Both the position numbers and the translations under genes were made by a program. A stretch of 64,000 bases of DNA from Elusimicrobia bacterium HGW-Elusimicrobia-1. GTDB taxonomy: Bacteria; Elusimicrobiota; Endomicrobiia; PHAN01. Shown one piece after another: positions 63,704 through 64,000 of the stretch; within the stretch, counting starts at the first letter, position 1; every line of letters begins with the position of its first letter. The notes below the pieces were generated by a model, which searched no databases, had not been told where the DNA came from, and was given only the letters and a program-made list of their open reading frames with translations. The stretch is taken from positions 4,024 to 68,023 of the forward strand of contig PHAN01000016.1 of assembly GCA_002841695.1 (NCBI GenBank), read 5' to 3'.

Positions 63704-64000
63704 TCAGTAGGTAAAAGGGATTGTTTTGAGCCCCGCAGTTTTGTGTATCCCGCCCCGTTTATCGACGATAACGCATTCCGCGCCTTCGATTTTTTCTATC
63801 AGCGCGATACCGCGTTTCGCCCCCAGCACGAACACAGCCGTCGACAGAGCGTCGGCGGTAAGGCAGTCGTCGGCGATTATACTGACCGATATTACGCCCT
63901 CGGCGGGAAAACCCGTGAACGGGTCGATGATATGATGGTACCTGCGTCCGTCGAGTTCCCTGAATCTTTCGTAGTCGCCGCTGGTCGCCACCGCCTTGTC
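63704..64000 (-). CDS. apbE: FAD:protein FMN transferase ApbE, C-terminal part (gene runs off the window end)
   Basis: YHHIIDPFTGFP and C-terminal ApbE-like sequence on the minus strand. The N-terminus lies beyond 64000. Confidence 0.7.
   Translation of the reverse strand, partial: DKAVATSGDYERFRELDGRRYHHIIDPFTGFPAEGVISVSIIADDCLTADALSTAVFVLGAKRGIALIEKIEGAECVIVDKRGGIHKTAGLKTIPFTY

Noticed and set aside
1-64000. CRISPR arrays, rRNA genes, integrases/transposases, prophage genes
   Set aside because: No regularly spaced direct repeats with unique spacers were seen (the heptad and MITE-like repeats lack spacer architecture). There are no rRNA-like conserved stretches. No ORF resembles a recombinase, transposase or phage structural protein.

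Overview
This is a 64 kb stretch of high-GC bacterial chromosome, with essentially every real gene on the + strand. The long minus-strand ORFs are antisense shadows.

The left ~37 kb is a contiguous DNA and nucleoside catabolism neighbourhood. It opens with a bacterial-microcompartment (BMC) module:
- a deoxyribose-phosphate aldolase (DeoC) fused to an RpiB-like domain and a Cys motif, carrying an encapsulation-peptide-like N-terminus;
- a canonical BMC-H shell protein;
- a small encapsulation-peptide-bearing protein translationally coupled to a PilT-type ATPase.

This resembles the bioinformatically defined sugar-phosphate-utilising (SPU) BMC class. The locus probably continues beyond the left edge of the window.

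Downstream of the BMC module the neighbourhood contains:
- nucleoside phosphorylases (PNP, Pdp, MTAP) and deaminases (adenine, adenosine, cytidine);
- phosphopentomutase, a PfkB sugar kinase, a TIM-barrel sugar-phosphate isomerase and a transketolase-family enzyme;
- two unusual P-loop kinases, an ATP-cone plus uridine-kinase fusion and a dGTPase;
- two phosphate importers (PiT with a DUF47 partner, and an Ig-domain plus Na/Pi cotransporter fusion);
- a RecJ with an inserted DEDDh exonuclease domain, and a NrnA-like DHH protein;
- a secreted nuclease module: a PLD-family nuclease with a T9SS-type C-terminal sorting domain, an outer-membrane beta-barrel protein and two tandem ComEC-type metallo-beta-lactamase (MBL) proteins.

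Other notable items:
- a DnaA-domain-III paralog lacking domain IV, sitting next to pilT;
- two families of short AT-richer repeats: heptad-repeat hairpins immediately 5' of the shell gene, recJ and the outer-membrane gene, and a dispersed MITE-like element family.

The right ~27 kb is housekeeping:
- HIT-rpsU-nif3-dnaG-rpoD;
- tRNA-Met(CAU) and tRNA-Val(CAC) with a consensus promoter;
- a putative RNase P RNA;
- mraZ (with GTGG operator repeats) through rsmH, ftsL, ftsI, murE, murF, mraY, murD, ftsW and murG;
- surE, uvrB, nadC, birA, a LutC-like gene, a 60-aa bacterial histone-fold protein, moeA, a NusG-II plus Gx-transporter pair, and a partial apbE on the minus strand.

No CRISPR array, rRNA or obvious mobile-element genes were seen.
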